NCBI GenBank assembly: GCA_963722665.1
Contig: CAVRNW010000010.1
Coordinates: 5,761-69,760, forward strand
Direction of reading: 5' to 3'
Origin: an uncultured Flavobacteriaceae bacterium
GTDB lineage: Bacteria > Bacteroidota > Bacteroidia > Flavobacteriales > Flavobacteriaceae
DNA length: 64,000 bases
Shown piece after piece: positions 63,855-64,000 of the stretch. Positions within the stretch are counted from its first letter, which is position 1. Each line of letters begins with the position of its first letter. A program made the translations under genes and the position numbers. Below the pieces are notes generated by a model. That model was given only the letters and a program-made list of their open reading frames with translations, did no database searches and was not told where the DNA came from.

Positions 63855-64000
63855 ATGAAAGAGACAAGTATAAAAACTTTAGGCGAATTAAAAAATGCCG
63901 GATTTAAAAGCAAATCAATTAAAGATGAACTTCGGGATAATCTTATTGAAAACATAAAGAATAACAAGACGACCTTTACAGGAGTTCACGGTTTTGAAAA
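63855..64000 (+). CDS. N-terminal fragment of an AAA+ (Mg-chelatase ChlI/MoxR-like) ATPase usually paired with the VWA protein; 3' end lies outside the window
   Basis: MKETSIKTLGELKNAGFKSKSIKDELRDNLIENIKNNKTTFTGVHGFE starts 9 nt after the VWA gene. The call rests on context and N-terminal similarity only. Confidence 0.4.
   Translation, partial: MKETSIKTLGELKNAGFKSKSIKDELRDNLIENIKNNKTTFTGVHGFE

Overview
This 64 kb window looks like chromosomal DNA from a low-GC member of the Bacteroidota, most likely Flavobacteriia. Supporting signs are type B T9SS C-terminal sorting domains, a fused CcoN-CcoO cbb3 oxidase, TAnnTTTG-type promoter boxes and no obvious Shine-Dalgarno sites. Layout: (i) 1-11.2 kb is a one-directional surface-polysaccharide (O-antigen/EPS-type) locus with a membrane protein fragment, GT4/GT2/GT47-like glycosyltransferases, a Wzy/O-antigen-ligase-like protein and an initiating sugar-phosphate transferase. 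(ii) 11-24.9 kb holds envelope and housekeeping genes: DUF4105/Lnb-like, PorV/PorQ-like OMP, pssA, DUF808, lptB, CMD-family, tatC, kpsF, recQ, a cyclophilin-FKBP fusion, an esterase and uvrB. (iii) 24.9-33.4 kb holds two tandem very large T9SS cargo (adhesin-like) genes built from a repeated ~80-aa Cys/DxDxDG module. (iv) 33.4-53.9 kb is mixed: an ABC exporter pair, heme A synthase, CCA-adding enzyme, tsaC, an LPS-core-type cluster (methyltransferase, GT2 x3, LPS kinase, GT9), dapD, ruvX, def, a HisKA_2 sensor kinase, sodC and a Usp protein. (v) 53.9-62.6 kb is a complete cbb3 oxidase cluster (ccoI-ccoS-ccoNO-ccoQ-ccoP-ccoG-fixH-TauE-like). It is followed by a divergent VWA protein and the start of an AAA+ ATPase. 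I found no rRNA, tRNA, CRISPR array, transposase, integrase or recognisable defence system. The most striking property is about 16 genes broken by +/-1 frameshifts, with roughly 25-30 frame changes in the first 11 kb alone. The breaks fall almost entirely in cell-envelope and surface genes, while long housekeeping genes (recQ, uvrB, ccoNO, ccoI) are intact. From sequence alone I cannot tell real gene decay from locally poor sequence quality. I do not see a clear novel multi-gene system; the best candidates for follow-up are the adhesin repeat module and the envelope-biased disruption pattern.
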